Source: Filifactor alocis (lineage in GTDB: Bacteria; Bacillota; Clostridia; Peptostreptococcales; Filifactoraceae). From it: DNA of 38,971 nt. The stretch covers positions 1 through 38,971 of the forward strand of contig JAUMWQ010000001.1 in NCBI GenBank assembly GCA_030529565.1. Reading direction: 5' to 3'. The notes under the pieces are model-generated. The model saw only the letters and a program-made list of their open reading frames with translations. It was not told where the DNA came from and ran no database searches. Below, in pieces: positions 20,201 through 29,300 of the stretch. How positions within the stretch are numbered: position 1 is the first letter of the stretch; every line of letters begins with the position of its first letter. A program made the translations under genes and the position numbers.

Positions 20201-22366
20201 ATCATCCGCATAGCCGTTGACAAACTTCAATACTCCTCCGACCTCTGTCTTCTGAGTAGAGGGCTTGTTCGCTTCATTTGCTATGTTTGCAACTACATTG
20301 AGAAGACCTTCTTGAGCAACAAGTCTTCCATCGCCGTTGAGATCTCTCCAGATGGTTCCTCTAAGGTTGACCGGAGAGAGGTAGGGTAGGCGAATCGCAA
20401 CATCCTTATGGGTGTAGACGTATTCCTGATCCCCTTGAGCAGGAACCTTAAGTGCTCCCCCTGGAGCGGTTGCATATTCAAGTTCAAATGCATAGGCCGG
20501 AATAACTCCCTTATTGTCAGGGAACTGAGTCTGTCCGTCGCCTCGGTTGCCTCTTTGAGGATATCCTCTGAGTACAACCGGCTTAGTAACAGAACTTTCT
20601 CCTCGATTCAACTCTCCGACCTTTCTTCTCCATACGTAGCATTCTACGTTTTTGTTATTGATCATCTTCATCACAGGAGCAGGTTGCTTTGTCCACTTCT
20701 CGGAAGGAATATCCGAGGTCTCCATAGAAGGATCAGCTACAATATACTCCTTGGGAAGATACATTACGATCTCCGCATCATAGAGAGTAGCTCCTGTATT
20801 TCCATAACGAAGATCCAGACCGAAGGTTCCGTACTCGTTATTCGATACGGTAACATCGGTATCCGGGTTGTTCTTCAAGAGGTAGGGTCCGTTGGGGTTC
20901 TTGGTATCCACGGTCGCATTACCATAGGTAACACCGAAGTAAAGGGTCTCGCCGGGAAGAACGACCTTAGGATTATATCTTACCATATGACCGCTGTCTC
21001 CACTTGATCCCGAACCTACCGCTCTCCAGAAGTAGTAATTTCTTCCGGGAGTTCCGTTAAGCGGATCCGTTCCACTATGGGTTACCAGTCTTGAATACTC
21101 ATCCATACCGAAGTAGTTGGGAACCTCCCAATACTTGGCATCCTCATCGCCGTCTGTTCCTATAAAAGGCTTGCCCGAAGGAGTCAAGGCCGGTTTTCCC
21201 TTGTTAGAGATGTTCTTGATCGTCTTTGAACTGTTCGCTTGAGGATAGATAATCGCTACACGCAGATCTCTCGGATTTTGTCCTTGAACATAGTTGGACG
21301 CGTAGAGGTACTCCGGAATATTATCCTTATGAGGATCTTTCCCTTGACCTCCGTCATCTGCTCCGAACAATTCGATCTTCTTCTCATTTGTCAAGTTGTT
21401 GGTAAGTCCCGTCGGGAATCCTATTCTCGTATTACTCGTCGAAAACTGATTGATCCCTTTTCCAAAGAAGGGTGCAGAGTCCTGAGTTACAATATAGGTG
21501 TCCACGTTCCAGGAAAGACCGAAAACTTCCGCCTTCAAAGCATTCAATGCCGCTAAGTCGGCCTCAGTGAACTGTTCTTTGTTTTTCAAAGAATCAGGAA
21601 GGGGGTTGGTTACTTTAACGATATAGTTCGCCCTGTCTCTCATGGTCGTAAAGTTTGTGGGGTCATTAGCTGCCGCATCCTGACGGTCGATGACCTCAAG
21701 GATTACTTCCAAGTCCAGTGCAGGGTTTGCCTTTGCCTTACCCTTCAGACTGATATAGCCCGAACCTTCAATTTCCGTCTTTTGGGGCGCTGTTTCAAAC
21801 AAATCCAATGTACTGGATATCTCCCCTGTCCCCAAAGGAGTCGCAGGAGTAAATCCGGTCAATGTTCCCTTTTGATAGGAGTTGATGTCTGAAGGAAAGT
21901 TGATCCCCGGTTGTTGCCAGCTGGAGCGATCTCTAAAATAGTCTGCAACCTCTCCCGGATACTTTGCAAGAGCCTCTTGGTAAAGTTCCTTTTTCTCCGC
22001 CTGCTCCTCCGGCGTCAAACTTCCGAAGTTCGGATCCGTCTCGGGATCTACCGGTCTCTTAGGACGAGCAGCTACGTTTTTTTCGATCGCCTGTCCGGTT
22101 ACCATGGTAAAACCGTTACTTTTATAACTATACTGATATTTTCCATTTCCTGAATATATCGTAGGAGTCATATTGATACCCGGTCTTTTCAAGGACTCGT
22201 CCGGCAACTCGATATCTAAGGCAGTTCCCTTAAACGGTCCTGAAGCAGTCTCTGCAAAGGATGGAATCACAGGTGTTCCTACCATCATCAAGGTACTTAA
22301 GACCCCTGCAAGAATTCTCTTGCCCAGTGAAGAATTTGTTGTCTTTCTTACTTTGTTGAGGTTCAT
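14027..22366 (-). CDS. Giant SLH-anchored surface protein (2779 aa), putative adhesin / S-layer-associated
   Basis: AAGGAGG RBS and signal peptide (..PSFA-ET). SdrD-B-like GTIWRDLNGDG, many Ig/Big_2-like beta repeats, InlB-B/Flg_new repeat (ITFDPNGG..PTRPGYTFDGWY), Gly and Pro-Thr linker, three SLH repeats (GYPD..ITRAE). Confidence 0.9.
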   Translation of the reverse strand: MNLNKVRKTTNSSLGKRILAGVLSTLMMVGTPVIPSFAETASGPFKGTALDIELPDESLKRPGINMTPTIYSGNGKYQYSYKSNGFTMVTGQAIEKNVAARPKRPVDPETDPNFGSLTPEEQAEKKELYQEALAKYPGEVADYFRDRSSWQQPGINFPSDINSYQKGTLTGFTPATPLGTGEISSTLDLFETAPQKTEIEGSGYISLKGKAKANPALDLEVILEVIDRQDAAANDPTNFTTMRDRANYIVKVTNPLPDSLKNKEQFTEADLAALNALKAEVFGLSWNVDTYIVTQDSAPFFGKGINQFSTSNTRIGFPTGLTNNLTNEKKIELFGADDGGQGKDPHKDNIPEYLYASNYVQGQNPRDLRVAIIYPQANSSKTIKNISNKGKPALTPSGKPFIGTDGDEDAKYWEVPNYFGMDEYSRLVTHSGTDPLNGTPGRNYYFWRAVGSGSSGDSGHMVRYNPKVVLPGETLYFGVTYGNATVDTKNPNGPYLLKNNPDTDVTVSNNEYGTFGLDLRYGNTGATLYDAEIVMYLPKEYIVADPSMETSDIPSEKWTKQPAPVMKMINNKNVECYVWRRKVGELNRGESSVTKPVVLRGYPQRGNRGDGQTQFPDNKGVIPAYAFELEYATAPGGALKVPAQGDQEYVYTHKDVAIRLPYLSPVNLRGTIWRDLNGDGRLVAQEGLLNVVANIANEANKPSTQKTEVGGVLKFVNGYADDTTKEYTVSFNLDPADPVRMEKYIWTFDKDYTFEKSKASLREQFADNDKPLVDSMEEDNKYYETEADNKINGLNIIKTRPGADTIFEKFESGEDAVGNVNFTFALDDTKYDGSLIDFRIKEVLAGKVNIYPYLDKNSDHQYQDSDSYIKKGTYKLIGPSANKQGEATNDGDKHKIKLPAFDDYKLTYNAPYGFRTIDGLRTADINLQNLESLFKKPNGTDVPIELTAKDIRFADSEGNPEYPDMVKDPNGTLQTNGDLVIKLETATTSTEYELKFNAWDGIDASQKPQLIAPANLDRAGKFDWELMADSGILESGHDQGKISSDGKITLKADVQGEAKVKVSWKDNPNIFDIVTIKVKKPQPPILQDNEQLLGFVVEPGDVSVAVGRKSPLLTLKARVQTPAGPVLREVHPDQLQEFTPAGQNQFEILPPQGESKQFQVKGLTSGGPYNYTVKYGDQVYTPEGTVKVTPHQYTPSSHSLELTPEIVRVKVGETLDVAYKLASLVGPEFDHLNAETLLTRSEFLHPAKAEFDGGIKTKIRGLEVGTTTLKLAVGDITKDVTVIVYDDTTPPAADGKIGFEEITDKNGLLKPNEEAKYKLFIDTNGDGIKQDTEEYVKNSDNVDLSAADTNVTVAKAPGTVPTAPVIAVVTGNTAGADALKAKVSLPSGRVYEGEKPLTVVPASTALNELTLNPEAIVIKQGSTNEQMIVSAQYQGVTPALELDRNLYELSFAPGGIASEYGNKSGKNIRIKGDNVGVTDVKATFEGKDVTGKVIVIPADTKLVIKDEPVWVKKDGTKEPQIEFVSNGQPLAPALQEALRPLVELTPANPAVAATTPEGTLSGAEVGRTTVTASLPGFPEIRDTKDVFVYTDGALKVPDTDLVTNQIKSVGLYLEKGAERIPVPAKYVRLKVEDVTVSDLDINGINTTIPATEDGRVVRGELARVKGISAAGTRETKLIATIPSEGLSAEGKITVVAGYVFSGPLTVEPSRVDLWTADDKVELVVKDKNGREVPPDLLDGIAQSDLQDPTKNTIVVEDGKVYVKKSSGDVTGTNELGISLKNDPSASIAVPVQIVNHDSNTQGQEHELVLPDFAVGVGEVRDLLFDKIKVKPKNGTVEKPLADYTTNRADVFVQFNNQPLNGKVAENQATPLAPPVVKAFEGKVPGATSYKVTVTLPGGEVLTAEGKIAVYNNLQGNKKLVVVKSVFNPATGLTELVPLKNGEKVPVNTPLSVQLHIEDPNDPTSVQIVSGAALPYFVDDLKPEAGSNFKVSEVGEIIQKSPTSGSVKVTGDLTEDDNPNIGTLDPSQPFELQRVQPIAPKPGPIKVEPNKLLIPVNGTGTITGITYADGTPVPADKISIVPANPVIANNGSVPNTIDGKTPGDTEVYVVVEGYPPVKVPVKVYDETNADIGVNPDPTDPNIGANPNDPNYPGGFPVPNEIVMVPVGGEVPFVLDINGVPVPADEFDVVVRSGGMTTHSAIHMDDNKIEGLSPGVDEAEFTLKSNPNIKKVLKIVVFDPNAAAAPSIQITEKPIVFRQNGDTDVMINAVVDLNGAPNATVMWIVEDVGVASFAGTNSLTEPSSSNPAHNVTLNWETNAPRTTKLTAIVLESGKLDTTILSGKEIEVDYIDYIGPRPLETEKDVPKTLDAMGPFDIKMFDDNGNEYPLSIADFDVVGADGPITLSGPDNRIITATGVGPKTLKLRHKTSGKEIEIPVSIPEDAMANQATITFDPNGGTLTGPATQMVEKGRPTTLPTPTRPGYTFDGWYDVNGNKYDSSTPITDNVALIAHWTQSGGTGGGGAGGGQPSTPAPTPKPTPTPTPVPTPDPGEDKGYIELNKNAKFAYITGYPDKTVKAGAPITRAEVSAIFARLMKSAILMDENYRSEFGDVRSGVWYTNYIGYLEGFNILTGYPDGSFRPNNHITRAEFAVIISKFAQLKTDTPSKFKDVNDSHWAKKYVDNAVAQGWMGGYPDGSFKPNQPITRAEVVTVVNKMIERTPKKDYLSKSDRYKDLKQDYWAYADVLEASTDHTIGKSKDVGAHDLGGNDSKATDKFAKSKKN

Positions 22367-22526
22367 TAAATCCTCCTTTCGTAATTTCTTCTTATTTGAT
22401 AAGAAGTGTTGATTTAAAGTTTGTATTATCTTCTCTTTATTGTAAACTCATCTTCTTTTGTGGTTCATAAAAAACGGAATAAATTCAGATTGTCTCAAGA
22501 TAAGAACAAACAGAGAAGTAATTTGG

Positions 22527-22570
22527 ATACGGGGAGCTTTGTTCTATATTTGTAACAAAGCCCCCATATC
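22527..22570 (-). terminator. Long stem-loop between the two surface-protein genes (weak terminator or mRNA stabiliser)
   Basis: Minus strand GATATGGGGGCTTTGTT...AACAAAGCTCCCCGTATC with no immediate U-tract. Confidence 0.55.
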
Positions 22571-22633
22571 TCTCAAGGTCTATACTTAAGCTGTCAAGTA
22601 ACTCATTGAAAAATCAAATTTATTTTTGAGGAT

Positions 22634-23302
22634 CTATTTCGTATGGTCCGTAGATGCCTCGATCATGTCATAATAAGCCCAATGAGCAGGTTTCAAGTCT
22701 TTGAAACGTTTTGCATTCGCCGCATTTGCATCGATGTCCGCCTTGTTCGGTGTACGCTCGATCGCCTTATTGATAACAGTTACAACTTCCGCTCTTGTAA
22801 TAGGTTGATCCGGTTTGAAGGTTCCATCCGGGTATCCACCCATTAGAGCATTTGCTACAGCTGCATCAATATACTTCTTCGCCCAATGGTTCTCTTTTAC
22901 GTCTGCAAACTTGTTGTTTGTAGTCTTAAGTTCAAAGAACTTGGATACGATAACGGCAAATTCCGCTCTTGTGATCTTATTATTCGGCTTGAAGCTTCCA
23001 TCCGGATATCCCGAAAGAACACTGAAGTCTTGGAGGAATCCGATATAGTCGCTATACCACTTACCGCCTGCTACGTCCTTGAATTGAGAAGGATAAGCCT
23101 TTCCGTCTACCATTTGCTCCAACATGATCCTTGCAAAGATCGCAGATACTTCCGCTCTTGTGATCTGCGCAGACGGTTTTACTGTTCCGTCCGGATATCC
23201 TGCGATATATGCTCCCTTGAAGTTCTTGTTCAGTTTCAGAACAGGAGCCTTGGGAAGTTCAGGTTGAGGCTGTGGTTGAGGTGTGGGTTGTGGTGTAGGT
23301 TT
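22634..23302 (-). CDS. Pro-rich linker plus triple SLH module; out-of-frame C-terminus of the 2156-aa gene
   Basis: KPTPQPTPQPQPQPELP linker, then 3x GYPDG..ITRAE. No RBS or signal peptide of its own; +1 frame relative to 23259..29729. Confidence 0.85.
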   Translation of the reverse strand, partial: KPTPQPTPQPQPQPELPKAPVLKLNKNFKGAYIAGYPDGTVKPSAQITRAEVSAIFARIMLEQMVDGKAYPSQFKDVAGGKWYSDYIGFLQDFSVLSGYPDGSFKPNNKITRAEFAVIVSKFFELKTTNNKFADVKENHWAKKYIDAAVANALMGGYPDGTFKPDQPITRAEVVTVINKAIERTPNKADIDANAANAKRFKDLKPAHWAYYDMIEASTDHTK

Positions 23303-26300
23303 CGCCTCCTCCTCCACCGCCTCCTCCTCCGGAAGTCGAACTGTATTGAGCAACAAAGGTCATAGGTCCTGTTACTACAGTTCCTGCCGGATTTGCAGGC
23401 ATCCATCCTGTAAATTGATATCCGCTGTGAGCTACTACCACAGGTACATCAGAAGCCATGATGGATTGATTCTCAACAACTGTTATTGCATAGGATGCTC
23501 CGTGTCCTTGAAGACTTCCGTGAGCTCCTGCCGAGAAGGTTACTTTATGAGTATTTTGGATCGGATTACCGTGCTCATCAACGACGACCAAGAGACCTCT
23601 GTTGATTCCGTCAACCGGAATTCCGTTGACTGTAACGATACAAGCATACTGATTGTTGTGCATCTCAGCCGTTACAGAAGGAATGGTAAAGGTATCCGTC
23701 GTTACTCCCGGTGTTACCCATCCGTTGGAGGTACGAATTCTCCACTGGTAAGCCACATTAGCGCCCGCAGGTACTCCTGTCAATTGCAGGGTGAAGGTTG
23801 CAGACTGTCCTACTTGCTTACGATGTTCTGCAGGTACGATCTTTCCTTCAATTCTCTGAGGAACACTTTGTGCAACTACAACTACAGCTACAGAGTCGGT
23901 AACCTTTTCTTCAAAGGCATCTCTTGCTTTTAGTCGATACATTTTTCCGTTCATGGACATATCGGCGTTGGGGATCGTCAATCTCGGTGCGTTTTGTCCC
24001 GCTACCGGAGTCCAAACAACTCCATCCGTGCTTTCTTCCCACTGAAGAACAGGATTTACTCCTCCAATTACCTCTGCAAGAATGTTCAAGGTATCTCCTT
24101 CATTGACACTTCTGTTCAAAGGTCCTAGAATTCTTACACTTAAAGGTTGTCCCTTGCGGATGATATAGTTTGCGACCGCTTCGGTCAATTGGAAGATATC
24201 ACTTGCTTTGAAGGATACATTACCTTCACGAAGCGGACTGAACTTGAGACGAGCATGTCCGTTCGGATTCGCTTGTAGATCCGATACGCTGATCGAAGAC
24301 GAAGTAGTCATGTTTCCGAATCTCTGATGCGCTACCATTCCCGGAGGAAGAACGCCCAGGATGTAATCGGACACGAGCTTCAAGTCGTTCGGATCGCTCT
24401 CATCTATAACAAATAGGGTTTCAGGTGCAGTCTGTTGTTCAAAAATATTGATATCTGACAGTACCGGTGTTACATTTCCGTTCGGTTCAAGTCGATAGAA
24501 CTTGTAAGCAGGAACAGGTCTGTTTACAGGATCGTTGTTCTTCTGAATGTAGAAGACTCCTTCCCATCCGTCTACAGCTTTTACCTTGTATTCCGCATAC
24601 CAGTCTTGTGTGTCGCTATGACCTGTAACCGGTCTTATAGACAGGGCAGCCGGATTTGCAGAGTTGATCTCTACAAAGGACTGTGCCTCATCATCCAAGT
24701 TTTCTGTAAAGTCGGTGTTATATCCGTTCATAAACTCAACACTTTCAACATCGACAAAGTCAAAGGTACCATCGGTAAAGAATCTTCTTACACGAAGTGT
24801 AACATTTTCTCCGTTGTTTACAAGGTAAGGATCTGCATTTGAGCTTACCGGCAACAACTGATGGCTCATGTTGGTATTGAGGTTTCTAGGATGAACGTGA
24901 ACGACGAATTCTCCAACTTTGGCTCCATTCAACATGATGTCAACATAGACGTCTGTCGGATCTTGCTCGTTGTTGGGAACTTGAACTCCGGCCCATCCCA
25001 TATCCATGGTGAGTTTCTTGCCTGCCAATGCAGCAGGATCCAAAACTCCGGGAGTTCTGGGAACAAAGGTCAAGTCATCATCATCATCTCCGGCATCGAC
25101 TTCTACCGGTTTTACTTCTCCGTAATAAAGATCATATTCTCCTTTGATAAAGGGAACTACATCAAATTCAACTACCCTGGTTTGACCGATCGCAGGAACA
25201 GGCTGTCCCTTTTCATTGGTCGCGGAAAGATAGAATTTGTAGTGTCCTATCTTCGAAGGAGCAAAGCTTACAATCGCAGGCTGGCCATTTGCAGCCTCAC
25301 TTCTTCCTACAGTAATGTCCGCCAACTCTTCTGGGTTAGCAGGATCTCCTGTGATTACAAGCTTGGTATCTACGCTTCCGAGAATTTCTCCTCTTGAAAG
25401 ATCTCTCTCGATACCCTTAGCTGTAATATAGGTTACACCGAAAGGCATGCTGTCTCCTCTTTGGATCACAGTCGGATCCTTAAGAGGTTTCGGGAAGATA
25501 TCGTGGATCCAATCTTGAAGTTCCTGAAGGATGATCACACGATCCAAATTGAGAGCTTGTGCTGCCGGAAGGAATTTTCCACTTGTCTTGATCAGTGCCG
25601 GCGCCGGTGCTCCCGGAGTGTTCGGATCCTGATCAAAGTCTCCCGGTGCCAATTCAAATCCGACATTGGTCAACCCGTCAGTCAGATCCGCCTTTTGGAC
25701 AAAGAGTTTGATAAAGAAGTTTCCTTCATCATCTCTATCAGCTTGAGATGTTACGACATTTTTGGTATCTTGCTCTGTCCACTTACCTGCAAGAGCTTGA
25801 AGATCGAAGTCTTCCTCCTTCATATAGGACAATCCGCTCTCCGGATCTTTCAGCAATGCTTCCAAAGTGGTGTTCTTCGATGCCGCGTAGTCCTTCAACA
25901 TTTGAAGGTTCAAAGGCATCGTAGTACCCGGAGGCAAGGATGCCTCGAAGGTTGCATCCGCAACGATCGGATATACCTTAAATGTCTTTTGTGTTTCGTT
26001 TACAGGAAGTGCGTTGATATGGACTTTCTCCGTCTCGTTTACACTTTCCAAAGTAAATCCTTCTTCTTTAGGAATATAATAGTAAAGTTTCTTAATAGGA
26101 GCTTGGCTTATATTAACATCGATATGATACAGGTCTTTGCCCGGAAGATAATCTGCTCCTATCGGAAGCAAAGGACTTTCGACTCCTTCATGTTTTGCAA
26201 AGAAGACGATTCTATATTCCCCTCTACCTTCAGCTTTGACATCGTATACTCCCGGAGTCGAACTCAAGGTTACCTTGAGTTTGGAATCCGCAGGATCCAC

Positions 26301-29300
26301 AAGCTCATAAGCTCCGTTTTTCTTTTGATATACTCTCGGCACGATCTTTTGTTGCTCTGCCGCAAGAGCTGCCGCTCTGTCCGCATCCACGCCGGCATAT
26401 ACGTCAGCTGCCACCGCATAGTCTGCAGGAACAACGGTCGAATGTTGGCCGGATACCAAATAAAGCATATAGAGATCGGCAAAAGTTCTGGAATTCGCAA
26501 CGTTTTCCGGTTTCGGCTGTGTTGCCTGATAGCTGGAAATCGGATATTTCAACGCAGCGGGATCCGCTTGACTCGGCTCTTCCGAACCGAAGAAATAAAC
26601 TCCCTGTTCAAAGAGGGCAGGAGTTAGGGTTTCTCCTATACTCTTAATAGAAACAAGGTTGGAGTTGGTTACTTTGACACGGATGTGCTTGGTCTCTTGA
26701 AGAGCCATGTTCAGTCGGTTCGTCGCCTGATCAAAGTCCGTATCTTTCTTTCCGTCATCTGTTTCAGCGAAGGCTCCGATCCTGTCGTAGATCGGTTCTT
26801 GGATCTCTACAAGAGTTCTCTCCTGATGGTTCAGATCCATTTTTACTTCGTGAGTTTTATAAGGTTTCGGTGTCGGTCCCGTTACGTCGGAAAACACCCA
26901 AACGATCTCAGGTGTGGTGCCGACTCTATTCATCTTATCGGATTCTCCGATGGTTGTGATCCTAAAGTCAGAACCTCCCAAGTTCGGATCCACTCCGATA
27001 CCTTCAATAGCTGTGGTGTACTTCCAATAACCGGTTTCGAAGGCGTAGTTCTTTACATCAGCCTCGGTTTGTTCCGGTTGTTGTCCTTGAAGTTTGTCAA
27101 GTTTGATCACGTTCAGGTCTATGTTCGTAAAGACCGGAAGGAGGTAGATCTTTGTTTGCAGTTCCGTCTGATCACTTCCGTTTCCTTGGAAGATCTGTGT
27201 GCTGCCTCCGTCTCTCCACGTTCCCGTGATCTCTCCCGAGGTCAAGGCTCCGTTGTCGGAAAGTCTCAGGTTATCATAAGCAAGACTCTCAACTCCAACG
27301 ATCTGAGAAGTCGAAAGTGCTACCTTTGCAATGTCTTTGCCATCAAATTGGAGTTTTCCGTAGTTTCCTACTTTATCATCCGTAGGTTTACCGGAAGTTC
27401 CGATCTTCATTCCTCCGTTTTCGGTAGCGACAAGTTTCAACGTTACTCCGTTGCTTCCTTCTACCGTAACGTCATTATCGTCTTTCGGGTTAGCTCCCGC
27501 TGCGGTGATCTCGGGGATCGCCGGGTTCAAAGCAGATGTGTTTCCTACTTCCGCTATCGTTCCATTATCGTAGAGAGCCAAGACCTTGAAGATCTTATTT
27601 GTTCCTATCGGAATTTTAACCGTCGGCTCTTCACTCAAATCGGCGTAGCTCATGTCACCCGTAGCACGTTTTACTTCATCGACGACCAATTGTCTGTCTG
27701 CAGCATCTTCCATATCGAATTCCGGAAGAGGCTTTGTTGTATCCAACGCATGGTCTGTCCCTATAAGAACGTACTTATCGACTTTCTTTTCTTCCCACTT
27801 CACTTCAAACCAAAGTCCGTTGTTGTTGAAGTGGTGCATCGCCAAGGATACGTTACCAATATCGCCTTGGCTCGGATTTTGTTTTGTTTTTCCTTCAATG
27901 ACCAATCCCGAGAACTGAACCTTCGCTCCTGTGAAAGGAACTCCGGGGTAATTACCTACCGCTTCAAACGCAGAAGGAGTTCCCGCAAAAGCATTGTTAA
28001 GCAATTTTTCTTTTTGATACCATGATTTTTTGACCGGGGTAGGCACCGCTTTTCTCACTTCTTTCGGCTGGCCTCCCACCATAATGTTGTATGCCGCTAC
28101 AGGATAATAGAGTTTCTTCTTTCCTTCTTTAACGGAGAACTCCGTTTCTCCATCCTGTTGAGTATAATTCAACGGCACTCTGTATACCTTGGTTTTTGTA
28201 GTTTCTGTTTTACCGTAGTTTTTACCGGGCTCCATATTTACGTTTTCGTCTGCAAGAGCTTGAACATCGTTCGTATCAGCTCCATCATCTTCAAGTTCGT
28301 AGATATAGTAAGCTTCCGGTGCTTTTTGAGTTACGACCGGATTGAGCTTGATCTTCAAGTTTGAAGCAGCCGGACCGAAGGACTTCGGTTTCACCGTCAA
28401 AAGATCTGTAGCTCCTCCTTGAGCCTCAAACTGAGCGGATACGGAGAGGTAGACCTTTCCGTCTGCATCTTGCTTAAGCTCGTAATCGACTTTTCCGCCC
28501 GCCGGTTTTTCTATCTCCAACCAGCTGGGATCCATTAAGTCGGTTTCCTGTTTTCCGGTCTCTTTTACCTTGATATAGTATTTTCCTTCTACAAGACCAC
28601 CTTCTCTCTGATTCAATACATCTGTATCAAACGAAGAAACATTGGTTCCTCCAAAGAGAAAGACAGCTTGTATTTTGTCAGGGTGAGCAGTATCTACTTT
28701 TACAGATCCTATCGCAGCATCAGCGCTTGACTGTTGATCCGTCAAAGTGATGGATTCCAAGCTGATCGGTAGAGAAGAAACAGTTCTGTCTACAGACACC
28801 TGATCCGCCGGAGCAGCAAAAGTAAGTTTTTTGCTTACAAAATCATTAGTGAACTTAAAAGTAAGCTTTACCTTTCCGTCTTCCAGAACCTTGGATACTT
28901 CCTGATAAGTAGCTCCGGCTTCCGCGCTTACCTGTAATTCATTAGGATCTGTAAAGGCTACCGCCTCATCATCCGCTCCCACTTTGGATACCAGGACTGT
29001 ATACTCGGTATCCGGTTGAAGCGTAGCTCCTTCGTCAAGATTTTCTACCTGAAGAGCTTTTAGAGCTCTTACATTGATAACCTTGTTGAATATTTCCAAA
29101 TCATTCGGAAGTCCCTTATAGGTAACTTCCACTGTTAAGTTGTTCGCTCCCGCCGGCAAACTTCCGACCTCAGCAGCAGGAATCTTGGCGTCATTGAAGT
29201 CAGCGGCCGTATACGGATGCTGAACTCCACCCGGAACGCTTATCTTGATTCCTTCGATCAATCCTTTCGCAATCAAATCCTGTAGACTTACTCCGGATTT

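Noticed and set aside
23303-23356. Independent TTG start for a stand-alone 240-aa SLH protein
   Set aside because: No RBS or signal peptide; EEEAVEEEA is just the off-frame reading of the Gly tract.
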